Part shown: positions 21,162-30,435 of the stretch, piece by piece
How the letters are laid out: each line of letters begins with the position of its first letter
Numbering within the stretch: the stretch's first letter is position 1
NCBI GenBank assembly: GCA_963666985.2
Contig: CAXXIA010000001.1
Location: 1,408,001 to 1,472,000, forward strand
Source of the DNA: Spirochaetia bacterium
GTDB taxonomy: Bacteria > Spirochaetota > Spirochaetia > DSM-2461
Reading direction: 5' to 3'
DNA length: 64,000 nucleotides
Notes under the pieces: generated by a model
What the model was told of the DNA's origin: nothing
Databases searched by the model: none
The model's input: the letters and a program-made list of their open reading frames with translations, nothing else
Translations under genes and position numbers: made by a program

Positions 21162-22282
21162 TCGGCCGACCTCGCCAGATTGTGAATCAGTCCGAAAACA
21201 ATCAGCGTTACGAACGCGGCCGAACCACCGGCGGAAAAAAGCGGAAGAGGAATCCCCGTCGCCGGAAGAAGTCCGCATACGACGGCGAAATTCACCAAAG
21301 CCTGCCAATAAACGGCCGCGGTCAGACCGAAAATTCCCCACCGGGAAAAAGCGTCTTCGGAACGCTGAGCGGCTTTCCAGCCCAAATAGGCGAAAATGGA
21401 GAAGAGAAGAAGAATGCCCGCGATTCCAATGAACCCGGCTTCCTCCCCGATAACGGCCACGACGAAATCCGAATGAGCGGCGGGGAGTCCTCCGCGTTTT
21501 ACTTCGCCTCGTCCCAATCCCCGGCCCCAGATTCCTCCGCGCAAAAGCGCGGTTTTGGCTCGCAGCAGCTGATAACCGGCTCCGGAGGGATCGGCCTTGG
21601 GATGAAACCAGGAACGGAGCCGTTCCAGCCGATACGGTTTGGTCAGCAGCATTGTCGCCGCGCTGAGGAGAGCCGCGCACGCCGACACGCCGATGGCCGC
21701 CCGGGAAACACCGGCGGCGACAAACATTCCCATGGCAAGAACCAGAAGATACGCCGCGGTGGAAAAATCGTTTTGGAAATACACCGAAAGAACCAGCGCC
21801 GAAACAACCAGCAGGGAAGGCAGAAGACCGTCCCTGAAATTCCTCAGGCGCCCTTCGTTCTTTTCAAGCATTCGGGCCAAATACAGCACCAGAACCACCC
21901 TGGTGATTTCCGAAGGCTGAAACGTTAATCCGAAAAGCTCCACCCATCGGCGGGCGCCGCCGGAGGAATACCCGAGACCGGGGATGTATGTGAGCAGGTT
22001 CAATCCGAAAGCCGCCCAGACCAGAGCCGGCACCGATTTGCGGATCAGTGTTTTCGGCAGCCGCGAAACGGCAAACGCGAAAAGGGTTCCCAGAGCCATC
22101 CAAATAAGCTGGCGGCGCCATATGCGAAACGGATCGCCGAACACCGCCGCCGCGAAATACCAAGAAGCGGAGAACAGAAACGCCGCTCCGATTGTCGCGA
22201 TGAGGAATTGGACCGCGGCCATGTTTCTCATCGGCTCGGCGGCCCATCTGCGTTCCGCTCGGAAAAAACCCGAATTCAACAC
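21158..22282 (-). CDS. ftsW: SEDS peptidoglycan polymerase FtsW
   Basis: GARRW, FQPSE, GYQ, LPAAHSDF, GEEAG, TGIPLPLFSAGGS. Start estimated at GTG 22282. Confidence 0.92.
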   Translation of the reverse strand: MLNSGFFRAERRWAAEPMRNMAAVQFLIATIGAAFLFSASWYFAAAVFGDPFRIWRRQLIWMALGTLFAFAVSRLPKTLIRKSVPALVWAAFGLNLLTYIPGLGYSSGGARRWVELFGLTFQPSEITRVVLVLYLARMLEKNEGRLRNFRDGLLPSLLVVSALVLSVYFQNDFSTAAYLLVLAMGMFVAAGVSRAAIGVSACAALLSAATMLLTKPYRLERLRSWFHPKADPSGAGYQLLRAKTALLRGGIWGRGLGRGEVKRGGLPAAHSDFVVAVIGEEAGFIGIAGILLLFSIFAYLGWKAAQRSEDAFSRWGIFGLTAAVYWQALVNFAVVCGLLPATGIPLPLFSAGGSAAFVTLIVFGLIHNLARSAE

Positions 22283-22290
22283 CCGCCTCC

Positions 22291-23370
22291 CTACTGGATT
22301 TTCAGAGTGCTGAGGCCGAGGATGGCGAACATGCCGCCGAGAATCCAAAATCTCGCGACGACCTTGCTTTCCGCCCAGCCGGACAGTTCGAAGTGATGAT
22401 GCAGAGGGGCCATTTTAAACACCCTGCGTCCCGTTCTTTTAAAATGCGCCACCTGAATCATCACCGACAGCGTTTCCATAACGAAAACGCCCCCGATAAT
22501 TAAAAGAAGGATTTCTTTTTTCAGAAGGAGAGAGAACACCGCCAGAAGAGCGCCGAGGCTCAAGCTTCCCGTGTCGCCCATCATCACCTCGGCGGGATGG
22601 GCGTTGAACCAGAGGAATCCCACGCAGGCGCCGATAAGGGCCGTGGCCCCGACGGTCAGTTCACCCGCTCCGCTCAAATAGGGAATAAAGAGATACTGCG
22701 CGAATTGAGAATGCCCCGTCAGATAAGCGAGCCCCGTAACGGCGATCAGCGCGATGATGATAAGACCGGCGGCCAGGCCGTCCAGCCCGTCGGTCAGATT
22801 CACGGCATTGGACATCCCGACGATAAGAAACATGCCGAAGGGGATGTAAAACACGCCCATGTCGAAAAGCGCGTTCTTCAAGAACGGAACGTAAAACAAA
22901 GTTGTCTGCTCATTCCGCGAAAGATAAATAATCAGCATAACGACGAACGCGACCAGAACTTGACCGGAAAACTTCACGCGCGCCCTCAGCCCGTCCGAAT
23001 TCTTTTTCGTAATCTTCAGATAGTCGTCGGCGAATCCGAGCAGCCCGAAACCGACGGCCGTGGCGAGAATAACCCAGGTATAAATGGAGGAAACCTCCTG
23101 CCAAAGAGCAACGGAAACAAGGAAGGATGCGAGGATGAGAGTCCCGCCCATCGTCGGCGTACCGGCTTTGGTCAAATGCGTCTGCGGACCGTCCAAGCGG
23201 ACTTCCTGCCCCAGCTTCAGCGCCGTCAGCTTCCTGATAACCCAGGGACCGAATAAAAAAGAAATCAGCAGCGCCGTTACCGCCGCATACGCCGAACGGA
23301 ACGTTATATATTGAAAAAGATTGAATGCCTTGATGGAATGCACCAAAGGATAGAGAACAGCTTTTATCAT
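22291..23370 (-). CDS. mraY: Phospho-N-acetylmuramoyl-pentapeptide transferase
   Basis: KAGTPTMGG, DDYLK, NAVNLTDGLDGL, MGDTGS, MAPLHHHFE. Confidence 0.98.
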   Translation of the reverse strand: MIKAVLYPLVHSIKAFNLFQYITFRSAYAAVTALLISFLFGPWVIRKLTALKLGQEVRLDGPQTHLTKAGTPTMGGTLILASFLVSVALWQEVSSIYTWVILATAVGFGLLGFADDYLKITKKNSDGLRARVKFSGQVLVAFVVMLIIYLSRNEQTTLFYVPFLKNALFDMGVFYIPFGMFLIVGMSNAVNLTDGLDGLAAGLIIIALIAVTGLAYLTGHSQFAQYLFIPYLSGAGELTVGATALIGACVGFLWFNAHPAEVMMGDTGSLSLGALLAVFSLLLKKEILLLIIGGVFVMETLSVMIQVAHFKRTGRRVFKMAPLHHHFELSGWAESKVVARFWILGGMFAILGLSTLKIQ

Positions 23371-23386
23371 CACCCCTCCCGAAGAC

Positions 23387-24772
23387 TTAAGGTTTTACCC
23401 CGGTCCCGACCTCCGACAATACCCCGTCCAGGCGCTCCAAAGCGCCGGCTCGGGAGCCCTTCAGCAGCACGATGTCGCCGGGGACCAAAAAATCTGCAAG
23501 AACCGACTTCAGCTCTTCCATCTCTTTAAATTCACGAAGTTCGCCGCCGAATCCGGCCGCCGCCGCCCCTTCTTTCGCGTTGTGCATTCCCTCGCCGAAA
23601 AGGAAAATGGCATCGGGACCGGCCGCGGCGGCCGCTCCCCCGGCCTTGCGCAGTGCGTCCTCGGTTTCATCTCCCAATTCGCGAAGTTCGCCCAAAACGA
23701 GGATTCGGCGGCCTTCGGATTGAATCGTCTTCAACAAATCAAGCGCGGCTTCCAGGGATTCGGGGTTCGCGTTATAGCAATCCCGAATCACCGTAACCGC
23801 CCCTTTAACCACTTCGGAACGTCCGAAGAACGGGCGAACGGATTGCAGAGCACTTACCACGGCTTCTTCCGGCGCACCCAGCACTCCCGCCGCGGCCGCG
23901 GCCGCCATCGCGTTTTTCAGATTGTGGATTCCCGGAAGAGCGAAATGGATTTTTTTTCCGTACCTCGTAATCTCGAAGCCCTCAAGGCCCAGATTCTCAT
24001 ACGAATCCCAGCCGTCGGCATTCCACCGGCCGAATTCCACGACCGTTCCGGGGTATCCTTTTACAAGAAAATCCTTCCAAGGCTCATCCCAGGCAACCAC
24101 GGCCGTTGAAGCGGGCCCGGCACCGTTGAAAACGGCGCGTTTCTCGGCCGCCAGAGCTTTCCTGGAACCGAGCATGCCGACATGAGCGCTGCCGATGTTC
24201 GTTATCACCGCAATATCGAGACGGGCCGTTTCCGCCAAGAGAGCCATCTCTCCGATGCGGTTCATGCCCATTTCCAGTACGGCAATCTCATGATGAGGGC
24301 GCAGTCCGAGAAGCGTTAAAGGCAGTCCGATATCCGAGTTATAATTTCCTTCCGTGGCCAGAACGCCCTCGCCCTTCCAGGCCCTCAGAATCGCCGCGAG
24401 GATTTCCTTCGTCGTCGTTTTCCCGTTACTTCCGGTAATGCCGATAATCTTCAGATCCTTCGCCTCTTCCCGCAGGAAGCGGGCGAGCTTCTGCAAAGCG
24501 GCCAAAGGATCGCTCACGGCGATCAAAGCCTTATCCGCCGGAGGTTCGGGTAATTTCTTGGATTCGTCCGCGAGAGCGGCGCTTGCTCCGGCCGTCCAGG
24601 CATCCTCTATATAGCGGACACCGTCGGTTTGTTCCCCCGAAAGAGCGACATACAGATCGTCTTTCCGGCAGATCCTGGAATCGGCGCGCCCGCCCGATAT
24701 CACGGCTACGGGATTCCCGATGAGTTTACCGCCGATGATCTCGGCGATTCGGGCGGCATTTGGAACCGTCAT
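23387..24772 (-). CDS. murF: UDP-MurNAc-tripeptide--D-Ala-D-Ala ligase
   Basis: ITGSNGKTTTKE, NYNSDIGLPLT, DCYNANPES, LLKGSR. Confidence 0.96.
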   Translation of the reverse strand: MTVPNAARIAEIIGGKLIGNPVAVISGGRADSRICRKDDLYVALSGEQTDGVRYIEDAWTAGASAALADESKKLPEPPADKALIAVSDPLAALQKLARFLREEAKDLKIIGITGSNGKTTTKEILAAILRAWKGEGVLATEGNYNSDIGLPLTLLGLRPHHEIAVLEMGMNRIGEMALLAETARLDIAVITNIGSAHVGMLGSRKALAAEKRAVFNGAGPASTAVVAWDEPWKDFLVKGYPGTVVEFGRWNADGWDSYENLGLEGFEITRYGKKIHFALPGIHNLKNAMAAAAAAGVLGAPEEAVVSALQSVRPFFGRSEVVKGAVTVIRDCYNANPESLEAALDLLKTIQSEGRRILVLGELRELGDETEDALRKAGGAAAAAGPDAIFLFGEGMHNAKEGAAAAGFGGELREFKEMEELKSVLADFLVPGDIVLLKGSRAGALERLDGVLSEVGTGVKP

Positions 24773-25056
24773 CGCGATTCCTCCGGATTTTCCGGGAATC
24801 TGACCTGAAGTACGTCCTCGGGCGCCGCGTTCTTCAATCCGAGCGAATCAACGGCCACTCCGTAGATTCGTTCCGGAGCGTCGTAAACCGCGATACCGGC
24901 CTGAAGACGTCTGTTTTTCTCCAAAAGATCTTTCTGCCGGCTTTCCGCGGCGACCATTTCCTCGCGAACGGTAACATAACGGTATGCCTGGAAAATCTGA
25001 AGCATCATCAGAGACGGAATACTCAGCAAAATCAGAACGGAAAGGATTCTCTTCAT
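24769..25056 (-). CDS. ftsL: FtsL-like cell division protein
   Basis: 95 aa; TM plus coiled coil plus PERI..A..LG; directly after rsmH. Confidence 0.7.
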   Translation of the reverse strand: MKRILSVLILLSIPSLMMLQIFQAYRYVTVREEMVAAESRQKDLLEKNRRLQAGIAVYDAPERIYGVAVDSLGLKNAAPEDVLQVRFPENPEESR

Positions 25057-25958
25057 TCCACTCCCTCCGAAAAGAGCCTGCGGACGGCCCGGAATTTCGC
25101 GCTCCGGGAAGGAGGATTTTCCCTGATTTCCCGTTCTCCGGGAACAAGCGGCTTGCGCGTCAGAACCTCAAAGGTACCGCCGTAGCGTACATCCAGCGCC
25201 CTAAAAGCTCTTTTTACCATTCGGTCTTCGAGTGAATGGAAACTGATAATACCCAGTCGGCCGTCTTTTGCCAGAAGCCGCGGCGCACTCTCAAGCAGTC
25301 TTCCAAGGCGGTCGAGCTCACCGTTTACGGCGATCCTGAGGGCCTGAAAGGTTCGGGTTGCCGGATGGATTCGGCCGTGACGCGCCTGCGGCGGAACGGC
25401 AGAAACAACGATGAGCGCCAAATCGGAGGCTTGTTCAATCCGCCCTTCGCGCCGTTTTTCGATAATTCTTCGGGCGATTCGGCGGCTGTAGCGCTCTTCA
25501 CCGAATGTATAGATTAAATCCGCGAGATCGTCCTCCCTCATTGAGTTCACGATATCCGCGGCGCTTTGTCCGGAAGATCCGCTTAATCTCATATCAAGAG
25601 GTTCGTTTCCCGAAAAAGAGAATCCGCGTCCGCTGCCCTCATAGTGGTACGTGGAAATCCCCAAATCCATCAAAATAACATCCGGTTCCCGCTCATTCCA
25701 GCGTGAGAGAACCTCGTCGCTCCAGCCGACCCGAGCCTCAAAGCGGTCCGACCATTTCGAAAGGCGCTCGGCGGCTCTGGATGCCATTACGGGATCGGCA
25801 TCAATCCCCACAACATGAGCTTCGGGATAGGCGGCAAGGAACCTTTCGGAATGGCCGCCTTCGCCCAGAGTTCCGTCAACGATAAAAGCGTCTCTTCCGG
25901 CCGGTGCCAAGTATTCCAGGACTTCATCGGGCATAACCGACACATGAACGGGAATCAC
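25053..25958 (-). CDS. rsmH: 16S rRNA m4C1402 methyltransferase
   Basis: DGTLGEGGHS, PLDMR, HPATRTFQALRIAVN, SFHSLEDR, NPPSRSAK. Confidence 0.97.
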   Translation of the reverse strand: MIPVHVSVMPDEVLEYLAPAGRDAFIVDGTLGEGGHSERFLAAYPEAHVVGIDADPVMASRAAERLSKWSDRFEARVGWSDEVLSRWNEREPDVILMDLGISTYHYEGSGRGFSFSGNEPLDMRLSGSSGQSAADIVNSMREDDLADLIYTFGEERYSRRIARRIIEKRREGRIEQASDLALIVVSAVPPQARHGRIHPATRTFQALRIAVNGELDRLGRLLESAPRLLAKDGRLGIISFHSLEDRMVKRAFRALDVRYGGTFEVLTRKPLVPGEREIRENPPSRSAKFRAVRRLFSEGVE

Positions 25959-26410
25959 GAGGCCGTCTCCGAACCGCCGAAGCCCTCCCAGGTCGTTTTC
26001 ACCTCGGCGGATTGTTCCTCTTCGAAACGCTCATAGACGGCCTCGTCCCAAATTTCCAGCCGCTCACCCATACCGAGGAGATAACACTCCCGGGTAATTC
26101 CCATGGATTTCATTAATGAGGGAGAAAGCTTCACTCTTCCCGATTTATCAATCACCACCTCTTCGGCCGGCGCGATGAAGCGGCGCAGAGCATTCTGCGT
26201 ATCAAGAGAGAATTCGGAAGAACCTTCGATAATCTGACGGGACACCCGCTCCCATTCCTCCGGAAGGTAAAGCCAGAGACATTTTTCAATTCCTTTCGTC
26301 AGAACCAAGGCTTCGCCTGAAATCTGTCCGCGAATCTTCGCGGGAAGAGACAGACGGCCTTTGTCGTCAATGACGATGTTGAATTGTCCCCAAATTCCAG
26401 TCATTCCCAC
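25955..26410 (-). CDS. mraZ: Division/cell-wall cluster repressor MraZ
   Basis: Two DxKGR/DxSGR motifs (IDDKGRLSLP, IDKSGRV) and RLEIWD. Confidence 0.95.
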   Translation of the reverse strand: MGMTGIWGQFNIVIDDKGRLSLPAKIRGQISGEALVLTKGIEKCLWLYLPEEWERVSRQIIEGSSEFSLDTQNALRRFIAPAEEVVIDKSGRVKLSPSLMKSMGITRECYLLGMGERLEIWDEAVYERFEEEQSAEVKTTWEGFGGSETAS

Positions 26411-26440
26411 GGATTCCTACTTTCTCCCACTTTTTCCCAC
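26406..26440 (-). promoter_or_regulatory. MraZ-type operator: four 10-bp-spaced GT(G/A)GG boxes
   Basis: Minus strand GTGGGAAAAA GTGGGAGAAA GTAGGAATCC GTGGGAATG; the last box includes the annotated GTG start. Confidence 0.8.
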
Positions 26441-26448
26441 TTATCTGC

Positions 26449-26477
26449 ATCCTATCTCCCTTAAATTCCACCGTCAA
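26449..26477 (-). promoter_or_regulatory. Sigma70-type promoter of the mraZ/dcw operon
   Basis: TTGACG-N17-TAGGAT on the minus strand. Confidence 0.7.
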
Positions 26478-26625
26478 TGAAGAGGAGACAGAAAACGGAG
26501 TTATGGTTATCAAGGCGACGGAAAACCACTATACAAATGACGGAAGGCCTTCCCTGTGCGATCGAAAAGCGGATAAAAACCGTCGGATTTCCTGAATTCG
26601 AAGAAAAATGGGTCGAAAATAAATC

Positions 26626-26907
26626 ATGGACGAAAAAACGACGATCAGGCTCTCCGGAGCTCTCCACGGCAAGGCCGGTATAAACTCCATGAAAGACAAA
26701 TTGGATGAGGCGTGGAATTCGGGCGCGGAGCATCTGGCCGTTGATTTATCGGCCGTTACGGAAATGGATTTCGATGCGATGACAACCCTGCTTTCGGCGA
26801 GAAATAAATTCACCGGAGCGGGCGGGAAAATGATCTTTCAGTCCGTGCCGCCGGGGATTTCCCGTATGGCGGAATTGTTTAAGATTCAGATGGATGTCGG
26901 CGGCTGA
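26626..26907 (+). CDS. STAS-domain protein (anti-anti-sigma-like)
   Basis: IRLSG..LAVDLSAVTEMD..L..A....GGKM STAS pattern; 93 aa. Confidence 0.7.
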   Translation: MDEKTTIRLSGALHGKAGINSMKDKLDEAWNSGAEHLAVDLSAVTEMDFDAMTTLLSARNKFTGAGGKMIFQSVPPGISRMAELFKIQMDVGG

Positions 26908-26950
26908 CGCGCGGAGCGGAAATCCCACGCGCGGCCGCAAGGCCCGGGCC

Positions 26951-28555
26951 TTACTTCTTTTTAAAAATCTTGTAATCGATGTCTTTAAAAATATTGTTGC
27001 GCTTTTCGAGTTTCGTCAGCCATTCGGTCTTCACCGTATTTCGGCACAGACTCTCGTAAATCATATTGAAATTGCTGATATGACTCTTCACCCGCCGCTC
27101 CGCATAAAGCACCGTGGTTCCGGTCTTGATGATAAAGGGCCAGTCCGAGGCCTGCGAAAGCAGAACTTCCCGAGCGGCCTGATTCAGCGTTCGGCCCTTC
27201 AAACCGGTCTCGTTGGGAAAACGGTCCACCAACTCGCCCATCCGTTCCACGATTTTATGGGTATGCCGGTAGATCCAATCGTTGGATCCGTCCAGCCAGA
27301 CCTGACCGTAGCCTTTATCGCCCCAGCTCGAAAAGGCGGGTCTGGTTACTTGGGCGTGCGGCCACGTATTCAGATATTCCCGGGGCGTTACCTGAAGAAG
27401 GCCGTGCTCGGCGGCATGGAACTCCCGAAAAAAAGCATCGAGAAAAATCGGTCCTTCATACCACCAGTGGCCGAAGAGCTCCGCGTCGAAAGGCGAAACA
27501 ATCACCGGAGGCCTGTCCATGAGTTCGGTAAGGGTTTCACATTGACGAACCCGGTTCTCCAGGAAGGTTTTCGCGTCGATTTTGGCCTGCTCGGCGCCTT
27601 TATCCGGATCGTAAAGAATTTTCTGATCGGTCTCTCCGGTTATCGCGTAGTACTTGAATCCCGTATTCACCCTGTTTCCGGCTTCAAGAGCATACGGACC
27701 GATATAATCTTCGGGAAGATCAAATCCGATATCCCTGTAGAAGTCCCTGTAATCGGGATGTCCCGGGAATCCGTCCTCAGCCGACCAGATCGCATTGGAT
27801 GCCGCTCTGTCTCGTCCGAAAACGGCTATGCCGTTGGGAGTTTTAATCGGAGCATAAACTCCGTACTTGGGACGTTCGTCCGCATGAAGAACCCCGTGGG
27901 CCGACGAAAGGAAGTATTTCACGCCGTAAGGCTTCAAATACTCTTCAAGTCCGGGAAAATATCCGCATTCGGGAAGCCAGAATCCTTCGGGCATCGCTTT
28001 AAAAAGCCGGTCATGGTTTTCCAGAGCGATGAGGATTTGAGTCCGAATCATGTCCGGATTCTCCCGATACATCGGTAAAAACGCATGCGTGGCGGTGGTT
28101 GTAATCAGTTCCAGATTTCCACTGTCGCGAAAATGCCTGAATCCGCTCAGAATATCCTTGCCGTAGAATTCAAGAAAATCTTCACGGTTGCTCTGAAAAA
28201 GATCCCGGTACATCCGAACAATCTTCAAGCCCGCTTCGTTTCCGGCCAAGCGGGCCTTTTCTTTATCCGCGAGTTCCAGAAGCCTGTCGAGATGTCCGAC
28301 ATACCGTTCTCGAAGAAGATCGTCCTCAAGCATGGAGGTAAGAGTCGGAGACAGAGACAGAGTCATTCGGAACGGAATGCCGTCCTTTTCAAGACCGCGA
28401 AAAACCCGCAGTAAAGGCAGGTAGGTTTCCGAAAGGGCCTCGAAGAACCAATTCTCTTCGAGGAAACGATCGTATTCCGGATGCCTGACAAAGGGAAGAT
28501 GGGCATGAAGCACCATACAGATGAGCCCCGTTCCATTCTCGAGTTCTCTCGGCAT
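26951..28555 (-). CDS. GH57 family glycoside hydrolase (1,4-alpha-glucan branching-enzyme type)
   Basis: LHAHLPFVRH, ETYLPLL, WLPECGY (nucleophile Glu), PFDAELFGHWW (acid/base Asp), QASDWPFI. Confidence 0.92.
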   Translation of the reverse strand: MPRELENGTGLICMVLHAHLPFVRHPEYDRFLEENWFFEALSETYLPLLRVFRGLEKDGIPFRMTLSLSPTLTSMLEDDLLRERYVGHLDRLLELADKEKARLAGNEAGLKIVRMYRDLFQSNREDFLEFYGKDILSGFRHFRDSGNLELITTTATHAFLPMYRENPDMIRTQILIALENHDRLFKAMPEGFWLPECGYFPGLEEYLKPYGVKYFLSSAHGVLHADERPKYGVYAPIKTPNGIAVFGRDRAASNAIWSAEDGFPGHPDYRDFYRDIGFDLPEDYIGPYALEAGNRVNTGFKYYAITGETDQKILYDPDKGAEQAKIDAKTFLENRVRQCETLTELMDRPPVIVSPFDAELFGHWWYEGPIFLDAFFREFHAAEHGLLQVTPREYLNTWPHAQVTRPAFSSWGDKGYGQVWLDGSNDWIYRHTHKIVERMGELVDRFPNETGLKGRTLNQAAREVLLSQASDWPFIIKTGTTVLYAERRVKSHISNFNMIYESLCRNTVKTEWLTKLEKRNNIFKDIDYKIFKKK

Positions 28556-28557
28556 AT

Positions 28558-29298
28558 CTATTCTTGTTCCCCTTCGGCGCCGGAAATCATGATTCTCTGC
28601 GGCGTATCGTCGGCGGGATAGCCTGATCCGGGAAATAATCCCACGTCCGTGGAAAAACCGGCGTAAGCGATCAGACGGCTGCTGTTCTCTTCTTCATCTC
28701 CCGGAGAGGGAGCGACATAGTCCCGCGAACTCTCAATGATATTCGAACGGACAATGAGCGATTCCTTTTCCCCCACCAGAGCATAAAGCTCCACGCCGTA
28801 AAAAGAATCCTCGCTGGGCAAATTGATATACCGGCGCAAATCCCCGAACTGAATGGGAATATCGAACCAATCGACCACGGAATCCTTGGACCATTCGGGG
28901 CCGGCCAGTTCCGTTACGCGAAGAATCAGTCCGGAATACCCGGAGGCCTTCTCCAGCTCGTTCAGAATACGGTCTTCGATATCCCAATAACAATAAACCC
29001 AAGAAGGATCCCTCAGCATAAGGACAAGACATGTTTCCTGATAACGGTCGGGCAGAACGATTTCATCGCCGAAATTCAAAAACAACTCTTCGTCCTGGCC
29101 GACAGAATATTTTTTGCCCTCCACCCGGATCGTCGTGTTGTGATTATCTTCACGGTCCAGGCGGTCTTCTTCAAAGGCTTCGCATATAACGGCGGCAAGA
29201 GATTCCTTGTCCATATCTTGAAGGACGTTGATATTTCCTTGTGCCGCAATTCGGGATAGCTCGCTGTAGCTCAGCGAAAGCAGCCTGTCTTTCGTCAT
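28558..29298 (-). CDS. DUF4912 family protein
   Basis: LPDRYQET.LVLMLRDPSWVYCYWDI motif; directly upstream of GH57. Confidence 0.8.
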   Translation of the reverse strand: MTKDRLLSLSYSELSRIAAQGNINVLQDMDKESLAAVICEAFEEDRLDREDNHNTTIRVEGKKYSVGQDEELFLNFGDEIVLPDRYQETCLVLMLRDPSWVYCYWDIEDRILNELEKASGYSGLILRVTELAGPEWSKDSVVDWFDIPIQFGDLRRYINLPSEDSFYGVELYALVGEKESLIVRSNIIESSRDYVAPSPGDEEENSSRLIAYAGFSTDVGLFPGSGYPADDTPQRIMISGAEGEQE

Positions 29299-29344
29299 CG
29301 TTTCTCCGGTCCGGCGAAAAGCAGATTACAGTGGGATGGGTGGC

Positions 29345-29373
29345 ATCGTAGGTATTGAACGAAAGAGTGTCAA
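29345..29373 (-). promoter_or_regulatory. Sigma70-type promoter for DUF4912-GH57
   Basis: TTGACA-N17-TACGAT on the minus strand. Confidence 0.7.
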
Positions 29374-29578
29374 TAGGAGACGAAAGACTCTTTATCCGTG
29401 ATCCAACCAGGGATTTTCGCTTAAAATCACTTCTGTTTTTTATTGACCCCGGCTGCGCTTCGGCGGGCCGTTCATCCGGCGCGCCCGAACCGATAACTTA
29501 CGGCTTTAGCTGAAAAACCTCACGGCGGCGGCCGTTCCGTTCAGCCGCCGAAGCCCGGCCGGTTCGAAGCCGCCCGCA

Positions 29579-30430
29579 TCAATCGGATTTGCGAACCAGC
29601 ATCAGCACAACATCGCCGAAACCGAATTTTTTGGCCAAACGGTCTACGGGGCGCTTAATCCACCCGGGCACCGTCCCCACGCCCAATCCGCCCCAGGTTT
29701 TCATTCTCTCGATGGAAAACCCGGCATGCGAAAGAAGGCTCTTCAGCGTGGCTTTGTCAAATAACGTGACATGATCCGGTATGGCCGAACGCCAGGCGGA
29801 GCCGAAAATCCGCGCCTGAAGTCCGCCGATATTCGGTGTAACGCAAATAAAGACGCCGCCGGGTTTTAGAACCCTGAAAACCTCGGCGGCGAAAGCGGCC
29901 GGATCATCGACGTGTTCGATTAAATGAGAAGCATGAACGGCGGAAAAACGTTCGGAGGGAAAAGCGGCGTCCTGAAGAGAAGAATTAACAATACCCACGC
30001 CGTAACGTTTATTGCCGTATTCCGCCGACTTCGCGCACAGTTCGGCACCGGCGGTGTCCCATCCCAAATCCTTAAAATGCTTTAAAAGTCTTCCGGTGGC
30101 GCAGCCCACATCAAGAACGGACGGCGGGAGGGGAAGAGAAGGAACGACGGATTCGAAAAAATCGACATCATCCAAGCCCATTTTCATGAGCCCGTAAAAA
30201 GTATCCTCGTTTTCAATCTCGTAATCGAAATATTCATCATCGTAGCGAATCGCGAGATCCGCGCCGCCGGGACGCGGATTCTGCAGAACCAGATGGCAGG
30301 CGGCACACCGGACGAAAAGGCTTCCCGAAGGAAGCATCCACAACTTTTTAAATTTTTTCCCGCCGCAGAGAGAACACGGAACCTCACCGACCGATTCCGA
30401 GTTTCCGGGCTCTTTGGAAAAAGTCTTCAT
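29579..30430 (-). CDS. Class I SAM-dependent methyltransferase with N-terminal CxxC..CxxC
   Basis: VLDVGCATG, HLIEHVDDP, LKPGG. Confidence 0.88.
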   Translation of the reverse strand: MKTFSKEPGNSESVGEVPCSLCGGKKFKKLWMLPSGSLFVRCAACHLVLQNPRPGGADLAIRYDDEYFDYEIENEDTFYGLMKMGLDDVDFFESVVPSLPLPPSVLDVGCATGRLLKHFKDLGWDTAGAELCAKSAEYGNKRYGVGIVNSSLQDAAFPSERFSAVHASHLIEHVDDPAAFAAEVFRVLKPGGVFICVTPNIGGLQARIFGSAWRSAIPDHVTLFDKATLKSLLSHAGFSIERMKTWGGLGVGTVPGWIKRPVDRLAKKFGFGDVVLMLVRKSD

Positions 30431-30435
30431 CAGCC

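Noticed and set aside
3450..21680. ORF-track N-terminal extensions of fliK, flgB, hslU, xerD and ftsQ
   Set aside because: They overlap upstream genes; downstream starts with RBS or translational coupling fit the family lengths better.
26406..26440. Periodic repeats as a mini-CRISPR or VNTR
   Set aside because: 5-bp units at 10-bp period are too short, no cas genes are present, and MraZ boxes explain them.
29299..29578. Possible ncRNA or riboswitch in the 280-bp spacer
   Set aside because: Only generic GC hairpins and a promoter; no tRNA cloverleaf or riboswitch consensus recognised. An Rfam/Infernal scan would settle it.
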